A program made the position numbers and the translations under genes. The notes under the pieces were generated by a model. The model ran no database searches. It was not told the DNA's origin and saw only the letters and a program-made list of their open reading frames with translations. DNA of 63,365 nt, filler included, from Licmophora abbreviata (taxonomy: Eukaryota): assembly GCA_900291995.1 (NCBI GenBank). It is 7 parts of 7 records of this genome, joined end to end, with 100 filler letters (N's around TTAATTAATTAA, not from the genome) between each part and the next. Parts side by side here need not be neighbours in the genome. Positions count along the whole stretch, not along the records: positions 1 to 17,006 come from OLMU01000607.1; 6 more parts are not named here. One strand, 5' to 3'. Position 1 is the first letter of the stretch. Each line of letters starts with the position of its first letter. This document shows positions 1 to 11,433 of this stretch, piece after piece.

Positions 1-1
1 A

Positions 2-643
2 CGTCCGTCCGCCAATGGTGGTACGTTTGGAGGTCTGTCGGCCTATACTGACGACGTCGTTTCCCTCTGTCAAGCAGCAGGCTACGACTTGGTCATTGTC
101 GAGACAGTCGGCTTGGGTCAGAGCGAGGTGGAGATTGCCGAGAGCGTGGATATGCTCGTACTCATGGTCCCGCCCGGGGGTGGAGATGAACTGCAGGGTG
201 TCAAAAAGGGCATTGTGGAAGTTGCAGATATGCTGGTGGTCCACAAGGCCGATGGGAACTTGTTGCCGGCCGCGAGAAGCACGGCGGCAGACTACCGCGG
301 GGCGATGAAGTTTGTGAGGCAACGAACGGAGGGCTGGACGACGCCGGTAGTATTGGCGAGTGCGCATACAAAGTACAACATGGACAAGGTATGGGAGGAG
401 GTGTGCAAGTTTCGGAGATTAGTGGAAGAGAGTGGGGAACTGGAAGCCAAGCGGAAGCGGCAAGGGACGTATTGGATGTGGAAACACCTCAAGGATCTAA
501 TTACGCGACGAACGAGGAGAGACCCTCACCTACGATCGACGGCGGAAGCCATGGAGAAGGGCCTTGAGAATGGAACGGTGACTTCCCGCGTCGCCGCCTC
601 GAATCTACTGGATCAGCTCCTGCAGTCCAAACAAGAAGAATAA
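2..643 (+). CDS. MMAA: MMAA/MeaB (ArgK-family) GTPase, 5'-truncated by window edge
   Basis: Frame open from base 2: RPSANGGTFGG...AAGYDLVIVETVGLGQSE...PPGGGDELQGVKKGIVEVADMLVVHKADG, typical MeaB/MMAA motifs. Confidence 0.9.
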   Translation, partial: RPSANGGTFGGLSAYTDDVVSLCQAAGYDLVIVETVGLGQSEVEIAESVDMLVLMVPPGGGDELQGVKKGIVEVADMLVVHKADGNLLPAARSTAADYRGAMKFVRQRTEGWTTPVVLASAHTKYNMDKVWEEVCKFRRLVEESGELEAKRKRQGTYWMWKHLKDLITRRTRRDPHLRSTAEAMEKGLENGTVTSRVAASNLLDQLLQSKQEE

Positions 644-710
644 AGAGGAATATAACTTGGTGTATGTACTCTTATTCTTATATGACAGAAATGCATATGT
701 GTGATGCTGA

Positions 711-2520
711 TCATGAGATGACGCAACCCGAGCTAGTGCTGCTGCCGTTGTTGTCGCTTGTATTCGTCGTGTTACGTCCACTGTTGGCAGTTCGAGCACG
801 CATAGCTGCCATTTCCTCTTTCTGTAGTTTGCGCGCAAGCGCCATGCTCGCATCTTCTTGTGACTCGTCCTGAGCTTGCAGCTGCAAGGCAACGAGCTTG
901 TCAGAGGCCTCCTGAGTTGTACAGCCATCGACCATGCCGCCCTGTGGTACCACGACACTGGCCTCTGAAGAAGCATCCAAGGGTTTCTGGATTCTAGGTT
1001 CCTCGTCGAGGACGCCGTTGTATGTTCGCAGGCTAGCTTCCGTCGCGGCGGCCATCAACTTGCCCTCTTCGTCATCCAGATTGGCGCTGGATGTCGTGCC
1101 AGTTTGGCGACTGAGTTCAAGAGCCAACTGGTAGTCGGCTTCGGATTGACCGCGTTGTGCCAACACCTGTTCCGGGGATAGTTCAGTACCACTGGCAGGC
1201 AGCAGCGCTTTCTGTGGCGCCGGCTTTACAAACAGTGGGTTAACGTACTCCGTGTCGCCGTCGATTCCGTCCAGCTTCTCCCACATGACATCGGGGACAC
1301 CGGCATATCCCAGATCAGTGACCAGAAGGTACAAGACACCGTTTTTCTTTGTTAAAGTCGCAAAGTGGTTGTTTCGAAAGAATACCGATAGAGATTCTTC
1401 AGACAAATAGTTGTACAACTCGTGCAGACCGTAGTGCGTCAACTGGTGAGACGAGGCGGACAAAAAGGCGTTCACTAGAGATGCATTCGTTGCCCGTGCA
1501 GACAGATCCTTGTACTTTGCATGCAGTTCCTCTAGCTCTTGTTCCAACGTTTCCCTTTGCTCCTTGCTCCTCGACTCTTGTGATTCCTCATTTGCTATCT
1601 CCTCTGAGAATTCTGTGACTTCCGCCTTAATATATGGGATCTCGGTCGCTGCACCAGCCAACGAAGCAGTGTCAGCGTCGGCGTCATTCTTGTTTTCGTT
1701 CATCCCCACCGCCTCCTCGGGGCTCCCAACCTTCTTTGGAATCTTCAAGAGCAGCTGCGGAGTGCTCGGTACCACATCTTTCGTCGATAAAGTCGAGCCT
1801 TTTGATTGGTCCGAGTTCTCGCAGTTTCGAGTATCGACCGTTGGCTTCGACGTTCCGTCCGCTACATCTACCCATCCCTCTTCCTCAACACTTACAGCCG
1901 CGGGAAAGCTTTTCAACTGTGTTTCCTTCTCGGTAATCGACTTGCCGATGTCATCAACTTGACTGGACGCCTCGTTCCCATGCACGACGAGTTCAACCAG
2001 CTCATTGTATGTCTTGCTTCCCACAACAGCATGGGTTGTTTTGTCCTGCGGGTCAAGCAACCATCCGTGTACCAGCTCGACGTTCAGCATATCGAACGCC
2101 GTCAAATTCGATGTATACTCGACTCCCGTCGGTCCACCGGTAAATTTGGGATTCACGTCCATGCCGTACTGCAAATCGGGAAAGATGGTCAGGAGTTCGT
2201 CTAAGTGATGCTGGTGATGACCCGACCCTGATGTCAAGGCGCGCTCCGCCAAGATATTGACGACGTCGTTCAAGGATGCCACTCCGTTTCTTACACACGC
2301 AGGAGGCAATGAAATGACGCCTCGTAACAGTAATGCATTGGCTGCTGCCAAGAGAGGACAAGGGCCATTCTCGTTTTGAAGCAAAATCTTGCGATCGGAA
2401 TCCTGGAAACGAGAGACAAGCAACGTGAGAGAGAGAAAAAATGAGCGTAATCAAGGAAAACTTGTACAATCTGGATCGTTCACCTACCTGATAACGGACT
2501 GTTTTAAGTCGATACGCCAT
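711..2520 (-). CDS. MINDY-1/2 (FAM63/DUF544) deubiquitinase; exons 2520-2488, 2402-711
   Basis: Splicing joins MAYRLKTVRYQ to DSDRKILLQNENGPCPLLA. Also LVHGWLLDPQD, VFFRNNHFATL, LLVTDLGY, MIU-like helices (DYQLALELS, DKLVALQLQ, SMALARKLQ) and C-terminal CAAX (CVIS). Confidence 0.9.
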
Positions 2521-3067
2521 GGCTTTAGAATAGTGGAGGTGTCCGGTATGTTCAGCCGGTGAGTCGCGGGCTAGGTCTACTCACTGTGGACAATTATTCC
2601 CGTGAACGCTCCTTCTCGTTCACACAAACCACAGATGGGCTCTTTTAGCTTCCGCAATGAGGCGCAATGCTACTAGTTCCGAGTGTTTGGGTCGTGCGGA
2701 GTGAGTCAAATCGTGGAACATATACCCTGTCATGGTCAATGTTCAATCATCTTTTGTTGTGTTCTTCGAGAATTCATCCATTTGACTACTTTGACTACGA
2801 ACTCCTATTCACTTTTCGAACGATAGCTCGAGTTGCCTGTAACTGCTACGATATGATATGGGGAAACAGTAATAAGCCACTTTCTATGATTGAAGACTAC
2901 ACCCACCATGGAGAGTCGTCGTGATTGCCAAGAATACTCCCATGTGGGAGTCGCCCATGAAGCGGCCGCACCTCTGCGATGCATGTCATGCTCAATGTTG
3001 CTTCTCCCTCCAAGAGCTGCCCATCTCGAGTCTATTTTAATTATAACATCGAGACGCAATGGTATAT

Positions 3068-3347
3068 ATTGATTTCAAACTCGCATGACACTTTCGTTGT
3101 TAATTATTTATGTGGCTCGCTGAAACGGATGTACCAATTTATTTATGGACTATCGGACATAAAATTTTCTCTTTAGAGTAAAATCTGCAAGAATCAATGT
3201 CGTTTTGCTGAATTGATAAAAACAGCTCGGATCATTTATGTATTCGTCGATTTTGTTTAGATTGATTTCAAAATGACAAACGGATCTCAACTCGAAATCT
3301 GCGTAAAACTCCGTACAAAACCTACGTGAAGTCCAATCGGGGAACGG
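3068..3347. promoter_or_regulatory. Putative G2/M cis-element cluster upstream of cyclin B
   Basis: ATTGATTTCAAA twice (3068, 3261; contains reverse CHR-like TTTGAA), AACGGA three times (3124, 3279, 3343; MSA-like core), CCAAT twice (3134, 3333). Confidence 0.35.
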
Positions 3348-3548
3348 AACTGCTCGCAGAAAAAGGTATCGCCGCAAACCATCACACACAAAGACAAGTG
3401 TGGAGTTGGCGATCATTCGTCTCCCACTTTTCTCATCGCAAAGCTTGTTGACGCTTCACAAAACATCGACTCATCGCCACAGTGTTCCTGGTTTGCATAG
3501 ATTGTCTTAGATTCTTCATTCATTCACGTTCCATCAATAGCGACGAAG

Positions 3549-4993
3549 ATGTTTCACCGTGGTGTCAACAACAGCGTACCTGTTGCTGGCAACGTTGCTG
3601 GCAACCGCCGTGCCTTTCGGGTGAGTTTCACTCTGTACTCCATTGAATTTGCATACGATCTTCTTCGTCGACGCTGCTCCGCATGCCTCGTTCTTGGTGC
3701 AGTGGAACGGAACCAAATTCGTGAACACCAACGACCGTATCTTGCTCGACGACGACCTTTGTCACGCTTGTTCTTGCAGCCATCGTCGCTTCAATTCGAT
3801 TCAAGTTTGATCGTCCATCGCCAAATTTGAATCTCACGAATCCATTTCTTTCTACCGTGTCTTTCAGGATGTAACCAATGCAAGTCGCAACGACGATGAC
3901 AAGGCTCAGCCCGGCAAGCGCGCTGCCGTCGAAGCTCCCGTCCCTCGTGTGCGAATGGATGATGTACCCATGCTGGATCCTGTTGACGTTCCCGTCCCTG
4001 CCGCTGTCCCTCGCCAAAACGCTCTTATCGCTGCTCCTAGAGCTGCCAATCCGCACAGCTACCAGCACTCAGGACAGGTCGACAACATTGACGAACGCGA
4101 TGCGGCGGATCCGCTCTGCGCCACTGCCTACGTAGAGGACATGTACGAACACTTTCGCATGAAGGAGGAAATCACGTCCGTTCGCCCAATCTACATGGAG
4201 AGTCAGTCTCACATCAACGAACGCATGCGATCGATTCTTGTCGACTGGCTGGTGGAGGTCCATTTGAAGTTCAAGCTCGTGCCGGAAACGCTCTACTTGA
4301 CAGTCAATCTCATCGATCGATACTTGGAACGCAATGAGGTGTCCCGCCCGAAGCTTCAGCTTATTGGAGTCACGTGTCTTCTAATCGCGTCCAAGTACGA
4401 GGAAATCTACCCTCCAGAGCTTCGCGATCTTGTGTACATATGCGACCGTGCCTACACCCGCACAGAGGTACGATACGTTGTGTTGGGTACACGACGACGC
4501 TCTTGACGCACGCCCACCATCGTACATTGCAGCTCACTGACATTTGCCTTTTCCTTTCACCCCTTCGATTCAACAACAGATCATCGACATGGAAGAGAAG
4601 GTTCTCAAGGCGCTCGAGTATAAGATCACCATCCCAAGCGCTCATGCCTTCCTGGTGCGATACCTCAAAGCCGCGCATGCCGACAAGCGGATCGTTCAGC
4701 TTTCCTGCTACGTCTTGGATGGCACGCTTCAGAGCTTCAACCTTCTGCACTATCTCCCCAGCCAGCTCGCTGCTGCAGCAGTCTTCATCGCCAGACGAAC
4801 AGTTGGACGCAACTCCTGGAGCCCTACTCTACTTCGCTACGGCGGCTACGTAGAGGAAGACATCGTCCCTGTGGCTCGAGCTGTCCTTGCGGAAAAAGCT
4901 TCCTCGTCGCCAGAGCTCAGGGCTGTGAACAAGAAGTACACAAGCAATCGCTACGGTGGTGTCGCCAACACTCGGCTCCACTGCGACTTTTAA
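3549..4993 (+). CDS. B-type mitotic cyclin; exons 3549-3620, 3868-4467, 4580-4993
   Basis: Splicing creates the D-box-like RRAFRDVTN. Cyclin box MRSILVDWLVEVHLKFKLVPETLYL...LIASKYEEIYPP; GT-AG introns are in phase. Confidence 0.92.
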
Positions 4994-5794
4994 TCAGAGG
5001 GTTTGTGTGGTCTTTTCTCGAAGTCAATCCTATTCGCGAGAGGTCATTCTATGGAAGATGATCATCTATTGTCGATCTGGGATTGGATTCGAAAGAGTAG
5101 CGGTACACATTTCATTGGAAGGAGAAGCAGTTTGCATTTGTTTTGGAAACAAACATTCTATGTGTCTTGTTCAACGAGGGTGGCCTCTCGCTGAAAAAAA
5201 AAATGGTTGGTTGCGGCCAGTCGCAGTATGGTCGGTAAGAGTTATCCGGAAGGCTAAGATCCGGCTGGGTAACATCTAAATTTTCATAGGTTACGTCGTT
5301 ATTTTACTTGCTTTTGAATCAGTGTTAGAAGGTACACCATATAACTTGCTTGTGTTCCCGTGGAAGCCAACAACATTTTTCAATCGAAACGACACGCACT
5401 TCCAAGATATCGTATGATCGTTAATAGCCCTGCACTTTCGATACCGGTACGATGGTGCGCATCCAGCTGCGAGCTGTGCGTTTATTGAGACGGGCACGGC
5501 TCCACTGTCAAGTTACGTGACTCTCAAATCTAATCGTCGGAGAGGCGCCCTATGTCTCAAAGCGCCTTGCAAACACTGTGTATGTCTACTGATTTGTACA
5601 TACGTGACTCTCCACGGAGATGGTGGTATCCCAGGTACCATCGTACTCCCGCATCTTTCCCGCAAGAATAGAACAAAATCCAAACCCATTTCATCTCCGC
5701 CGACCATGACGGCAAACGGAGCGGCCGCTCAACGCTTCGTTCAACCTCCCCACGCCTCATCTGTTGTCCCACTGTGCACTAACTCCTGAATTTC

Positions 5795-6616
5795 ATGATG
5801 GAAGTGGAAAGTTTGTTGGATCCGAATTACATGGTGAAGCAGTTTTGTCTAACAACCGATATGAGGGCCATTGCGATCGATTGGCTCGTCAGCATCCAGT
5901 GGGCCTTTCAGTTGTCGACCGAAACGCTGTATTTGACGGTGCATATTTTTGATTGTTACCTTTCACATAAGATGGTGTCTCGCAGTCATCTTCAGCTGGT
6001 TGCAGCAGCAGCTATGCTGGTGGCATCCGAGGAAGAAGAGATATTCTCTTTTTTTGTCAAGGAGCTCGTGCATCTGTGCGCCGGTGCGTTTACCGCCGAG
6101 CAGGTGCGTTGTCTTTCAGATTTGCACACATACTCTTGTGTCAATAACGTGGGCTCATACCCTTGATTGTTTGATGCGTGTCTTGTTACAAAGTAGATGA
6201 TACAGATGGCGGAGGCGATCCGTCGCGTCATGAGAGGAGAGACATTTCATCGCAGCTCCTACTCATTTCTCACCGAGTTTCTCAGTCGGGTTCCTGTCAG
6301 TCTCGAAGTGAGACAGCTCTCTTACTACGTCCTAGAACGTACTCTCATTAGTGTCCGATACCTACAATATACTCCTCGCCAACTCGCCGCCGCGAGTCTG
6401 CAGACGGCTCGACTCAGTTTGGGCACCACTTCAATGACACGCGCCAGCTGTATGGGTTACACCCAGGACGAGCTACGTCGTACGGCCAGTGATATGTCTG
6501 AGGCATACACAGAGCTCAAAACTCGCCAAGAGCACAATCTACGCGCATTAAAGAGCAAATACAGCTCTGACGCATTCTACGACGGTTTGATCAAGACGGA
6601 GCTTGATGTCGAGTAA
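5795..6616 (+). CDS. Divergent cyclin paralogue (possibly degenerate); exons about 5795-6103, 6197-6616
   Basis: MRAIAIDWLV...LSTETLYLTVHIFDCYL...LQLVAAAAMLVASEEEEI, plus QLAAAS and LRALKSKYSS. Its intron is at the same position as the last intron of the upstream cyclin. Confidence 0.75.
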
Positions 6617-7279
6617 CAGGGATCAATCAGTAGTAACTGCAGCAATAAGGGTTTCTCTTTGGAGGAGGATCCCGTGTGCTGATAGTGAATGATTCGCATT
6701 GGGCTGGCTGGTATCAGCAGCCTATACTTTGGGCCGAGTGCTCGCTCGTGTGTGAACCTGTGTACGATTATGCCATGGGTCTCGCGACATATGATAGCTC
6801 TGAATAGAAACTTAATGAGAAGTATTAATCACTAGCTCAAGAGGAAGGAAAGCGTCTGTTAGCACGCTTACGAAGATTTATCTCACTAGACATATCGTAC
6901 GGATGGGAGTTAATACTGATAATGTAGCCCACCATCATCAGCTGCTTCGCGGCATATTGAATATTCGATGGGATTCTCTTTCCATCGGCCGCGGGATGCA
7001 AGACTGACGAGTCGCGAGGCCGATAACCATTTGGACCTTCGTCGAGCGTCGCCGTACAAGGATGACGTAGGATTGTACAGAAGTGCAGGAGGGATGCTAG
7101 CGTCCACAAAATCGAGCGTCGGTCAAATCTTTCGATTTCGATCTTCGCGGACCTTTGACAAAGACGCAACGAACGGCAGCGCGGTTGAGCGATTCACCAG
7201 GGTTTCTTCTGTCCCTTTCCACTTTTTGGCGTCCCACAGTACAGGATTGATCCACTTTTCGACGCAGCTTTATTCTTTA

Positions 7280-8343
7280 ATGTCGCAACAGTTCCGAGAA
7301 GCCTTCCAGCGCGCGAGCAAGAATCTGGGCTCCATGCCCGGCGGCGGCGGCGGCGGAGGAGGCAGGGCGTCCCAGGCTGCGGGTCGTGCTCTGGGTGCTG
7401 CCATTGCAGCCACTGGCCTGGGATACGGTGCTTACAATTCATTCTATACGGTCCAGGGAGGTCATCGTGCGGTTGTTTACAATCGTATCGTCGGAATGAA
7501 AAGCGACATCTATGGAGAAGGTCTCAATTTCAACATTCCGTGGTTCGAACGCCCCGTTATCTACGATATTCGAACGCGACCAGTTAATCTACAGACTCTG
7601 ACGGGAAGTAAGGATCTCCAGATGGTCACCATTGCCATTCGTGTCTTGCACAAGCCTGACCCCTCCAAGTTGGTCTGGATCTATCAGCACTTGGGACTCA
7701 ACTACGACGAACGCGTCCTCCCCAGTATCATGAATGAGTGTGCCAAGGCGATTGTTGCTCGTTACAACGCCAATGAACTCTTGACGAAACGTGCAATGGT
7801 ATCGGCCGATATTTCGCGAGAGCTCCAGGCGCGTGCAAACGGCTTCAACATTGTGCTGCAAGATGTCGCCATTACGCACTTGGCCTTTAGTCCTGAGTAT
7901 GCCCGCGCCGTCGAAGCCAAACAAGTCGGTAAGTAGTGGACTTGGACTACTTGAGTGTTTCCCTCGATGGCTAGATACATGCTTGAGTCGTGCCATGTCC
8001 TCTCAACTCTGATCTTGCTTGCTTTCGACTGTTGCCAACAGCTCAACAAGACGCAGAGCGCGCCAAGTACACTGTGATTGGAGCGCAGCAGGAAAAGCAG
8101 ACGATCATTACGAAGGCAAAGGGAGAAGCAGAGTCTGCTTCGTTGATTGGCGCAGCCGTCAAGAAGAACCCCGGCTTCATGAAGCTCCGTAGAATCGACG
8201 CAGCCAAGGACATTGCTGACACGGTGTCGGGGAGCGGAAACAAGATTTACCTCAATGCCGACTCCTTGCTTCTCAATCTACTCGGCGATGCGGACGACAA
8301 GTTTGAAAAGAGCGTTCAGAAGCGCAGAGGTTGGAGAAGTTAG
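7280..8343 (+). CDS. PHB2: Prohibitin (PHB2-like); exons 7280-7928, 8042-8343
   Basis: VQGGHRAVVYNR, TGSKDLQMV, YDERVLPSI, AVEAKQVAQQDAERA across the intron. Confidence 0.9.
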
Positions 8344-8422
8344 TCGATACTTTAGCGAGATGGAGGATGCAACTGCGGAATGCTATGTTAGTAAGTTTAC
8401 ACACCAACTAGCTAGTCTTACT

Positions 8423-9592
8423 CTAGTTGACAACCTTCTTCGATGGAGCGACATCGTCCCGCTTCTTTTGATAGTAGCTCATGAGTCGCTTCACCGACGT
8501 CAAATACTTTCGCTGGAGTTCACTATTCATCACGTGTGCCACCTTGGCACTCTCGATTTTGGCACGCCCTGATCGTGCGTGAATACCCACCATTGTAACT
8601 CCGATGGGCCATGCAGCTCGTCCAATTGCCACATCCAGGTACGAATCGTGTGCCTTGACGAATTCACCAGCTTCGCAATAATCCACAATCTTCAAAATGT
8701 GACTCATCAACGAAGGCTCAAGGCGTCGCGACTTACAAAGCTTGAAGAGAGGTCGAATATAGTCCTTGCATTGCTTGGCGGTATTGGTCTCGTTCCTTCC
8801 CGCAGCAGTCCGCTTGACTTCTTCTGATCGATTTGCCAGATCCTCTTCCCACTGACGCAATAGACTCTTGAAGAAACGATAGATGCGCTTATGAGGATCG
8901 CTCGCATCGTCCACTCCGTCGTCGTCCTGCGCATGGTCGCCGTCAGGCTTATCAATGTCGGCTTCGTGTTCCTCTCCCCTGGTACCTTCCCGTGACGATG
9001 AGATCGCCTTGGTAGACGTCTGAGCTCCTGCCACGGCCTCCATAGTGCCGGATACGTGCTCAGCTTCACCCTGGCGCTCCAAAAAGGGATTTCGAATGCC
9101 ATGGCCGCTTCCGAGGCGAAATTCATCCATCTCGCTCTGTCCCGCTGCGGCATGTTCATGCTGCTCCAAGGCTTCCCGCAGTCGGTTCATTCGCTCGGAT
9201 TCAGACTCTCCAAAGAGACGAATCGGTAACCCGAGTGATCTCAACCGAGCCACTATTGCAGTCAACGGCATATCTACGGTCGAGGATGCAGGTCTGGCAC
9301 TCGTGTTTGCGTCGATGGTTGCTGCAGGGTGATGTGTCTTCGTCGTTGCAGTATCTTTTTCTGACGATCTATCCTGCCTCCGTTTCTTTTGCTTGTCTCC
9401 TGTATCATTTCTGAATGCACTATGTTTTCGCTTTCGCAGTCGTTCTTCCTCGTCTTCTTGAATGCGTCTCAGCTCTGCGGCCTTGAGAAAGGTCCGATCC
9501 GTAGAGTTGCCCGCCCTAGGTCCTGCCGCTTTTTGCTTGGCGAGTTGGACGGCCTTTTTCTTGCGTTCCAATTCTTTCTTCAACAAATCCAT
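8423..9592 (-). CDS. PRP18: Pre-mRNA splicing factor Prp18
   Basis: MDLLKKELERKK start, PRP4-like RLRSLGLPIRLFGE, and conserved YLDVAIGRAAWPIGVTMVGIHARSGR...HVMNSELQRKYL. Confidence 0.93.
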   Translation of the reverse strand: MDLLKKELERKKKAVQLAKQKAAGPRAGNSTDRTFLKAAELRRIQEDEEERLRKRKHSAFRNDTGDKQKKRRQDRSSEKDTATTKTHHPAATIDANTSARPASSTVDMPLTAIVARLRSLGLPIRLFGESESERMNRLREALEQHEHAAAGQSEMDEFRLGSGHGIRNPFLERQGEAEHVSGTMEAVAGAQTSTKAISSSREGTRGEEHEADIDKPDGDHAQDDDGVDDASDPHKRIYRFFKSLLRQWEEDLANRSEEVKRTAAGRNETNTAKQCKDYIRPLFKLCKSRRLEPSLMSHILKIVDYCEAGEFVKAHDSYLDVAIGRAAWPIGVTMVGIHARSGRAKIESAKVAHVMNSELQRKYLTSVKRLMSYYQKKRDDVAPSKKVVN

Positions 9593-10212
9593 GGTAGAAG
9601 CAAGTCCTGTAGAGATCCTGAGATCGATAGATGACACCCCCAGAAGGAACACAAAGAAACGAGGGATCGACAATGAATGGTGATGCTGCCGAGCCTGTGG
9701 GTCGAATATGTTGTGCTTCGGTGAACTTTGAGTTTTGCATGTTCACCACAGGGGTGCGTACGTCGGACAGGCTGTCGATCTCACCCGCGCTCTCTTTTTC
9801 GCCCTTTTTCGGAGCTCGCGCAAGCTCGGTGACCTTGACTTACGTGGCAGAAACGAAGCTTGCATCTGCCGGTTCCATCTGACCTGTTCATGCGGGAAAG
9901 AACACAGATACAAATTCAAGCTGCAACCATCAACTTGAACGCTACATGCTGATCTCGACAGGAGAGTCCTTTCCAAGAAGGGGTCAGTTGTAGATTGATC
10001 TTCTGTTAGATCTCATCGGTCGGTTAAGTAAACACTAGCTCTAAGCTAGCCAAGCTATCATGACGATATCGCCGATTTGTACAATGTAGACATGTGAGTA
10101 GTACTAAACTAGCTGATCATATGTTGGTCAATATCACAATACTCTAAATTGTGTTTAACTATTCACAGGTATTCTTTGTATAGTATCGTACATGGTCGAA
10201 GGCATTTATCCC

Positions 10213-10782
10213 TCATGCCAAAGGAGCAATGATCGTCTTTTCGAACTGTATGTGGTTGTGACGAGATTCAGTCAGCGGCTTTCGTCGTCGGGATGATCCA
10301 TCAGCGGACCTTGACCGTCCCGTTGTAAATTCGGGAAGGTCACTGAAGGAGTGTGATTCTTCCCAGCTCAAGCATCCAGACTGTTCTCCGTAGTTACATA
10401 GAGAAACCCTGAGAGTCTTGGATCGTGACAGACGGGATGATTCGGAGCGGCCTCGTTTGCCCAGGGAGGAGAACGGCGAAGATTCGCGATTAGGGAGACG
10501 GTGCGTCAATGATGACGAGTATGACTGGTCAATCCTATCTTCGTCTTCACCATCTCGGTCCCAATCGATGGATGGAAATGCGATTGACTCTTCGATGGGC
10601 TGAACCGCAAGCATCAAGTCGGCCACGTCCAACGAGGCGGATCGTTGATGCGAAGCTTCGATAGCAGATCTTTGTTGCAAAACTCGCTTGTACTCATGCT
10701 CAGGAAGTCGTGTTCGAGACAGTTCCAAAGCTTCTGTAGCTGGAAATCTGGTGAGAGGAACGTCAATCATCGACTTCGTCAT
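10213..10782 (-). CDS. Hypothetical 189-aa protein
   Basis: Isolated ATG-started ORF in otherwise ORF-poor DNA; no family recognised. Confidence 0.5.
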   Translation of the reverse strand: MTKSMIDVPLTRFPATEALELSRTRLPEHEYKRVLQQRSAIEASHQRSASLDVADLMLAVQPIEESIAFPSIDWDRDGEDEDRIDQSYSSSLTHRLPNRESSPFSSLGKRGRSESSRLSRSKTLRVSLCNYGEQSGCLSWEESHSFSDLPEFTTGRSRSADGSSRRRKPLTESRHNHIQFEKTIIAPLA

Positions 10783-11433
10783 CGTCAGGGACTAAAACAG
10801 GCTCTTTGTTTGTTGTGCATTTGAGCTTTCGATGTGTGAGCGGAAAGCTTGATGACGGTTCTGAAGAACACATCAATAACGTGGCCTTTCTCAAAGGTAA
10901 CCCGGACTCGTAAAAGATATCCAGTTCTGAAGACTGCAAAAGCGACAAGTTTAGCTATATTGACATGCTCTCTACATTCTCTGGACATGTTTCACTTAAT
11001 GCTTATGATTCCACTTGCGTGGCAAAAGCAGAAAATACGAACTGTTGTCTGGACTTGTTCTCCGGACTATAGTCGGACGTCTTCCCTACTCGAAAAACAT
11101 GCTACGATCTTCTCTAAATGATGATGTCGACGATCAACCATGTTGAACAAGTCGAATGAATCACGTTGAATGTCACCGTGTCACAACACACATCTTTCAC
11201 GATTCGACTTCAAGATTCCAAGCTCCCATCATAGCTACGAAAAGTTCAACCGTCGTCAGAGCACAGACTGCAACTTGATGAGCGTGCGTGTTCGAAACAG
11301 AACGCATTCATCTGCATTCATCGCGTGGTCATTCATAGCTGCTCTGAGATTGTTTTCTGTGGAATCTGGCCTGGATACTATCCTGCGCTTTATTGTACAG
11401 TCCTACCCTCTGATTAAATCTGCACTGCACCCC

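Noticed and set aside
711..725. CAAX box on the MINDY deubiquitinase
   Set aside because: Real, but already a known feature of MINDY-1/2 family members, so not novel.
6968..7279. Long N-terminal extensions in the ORF track for prohibitin (also XPB 18463, Prp18 9673)
   Set aside because: Homology starts at downstream ATGs; the extensions look like open 5' UTR or promoter sequence.
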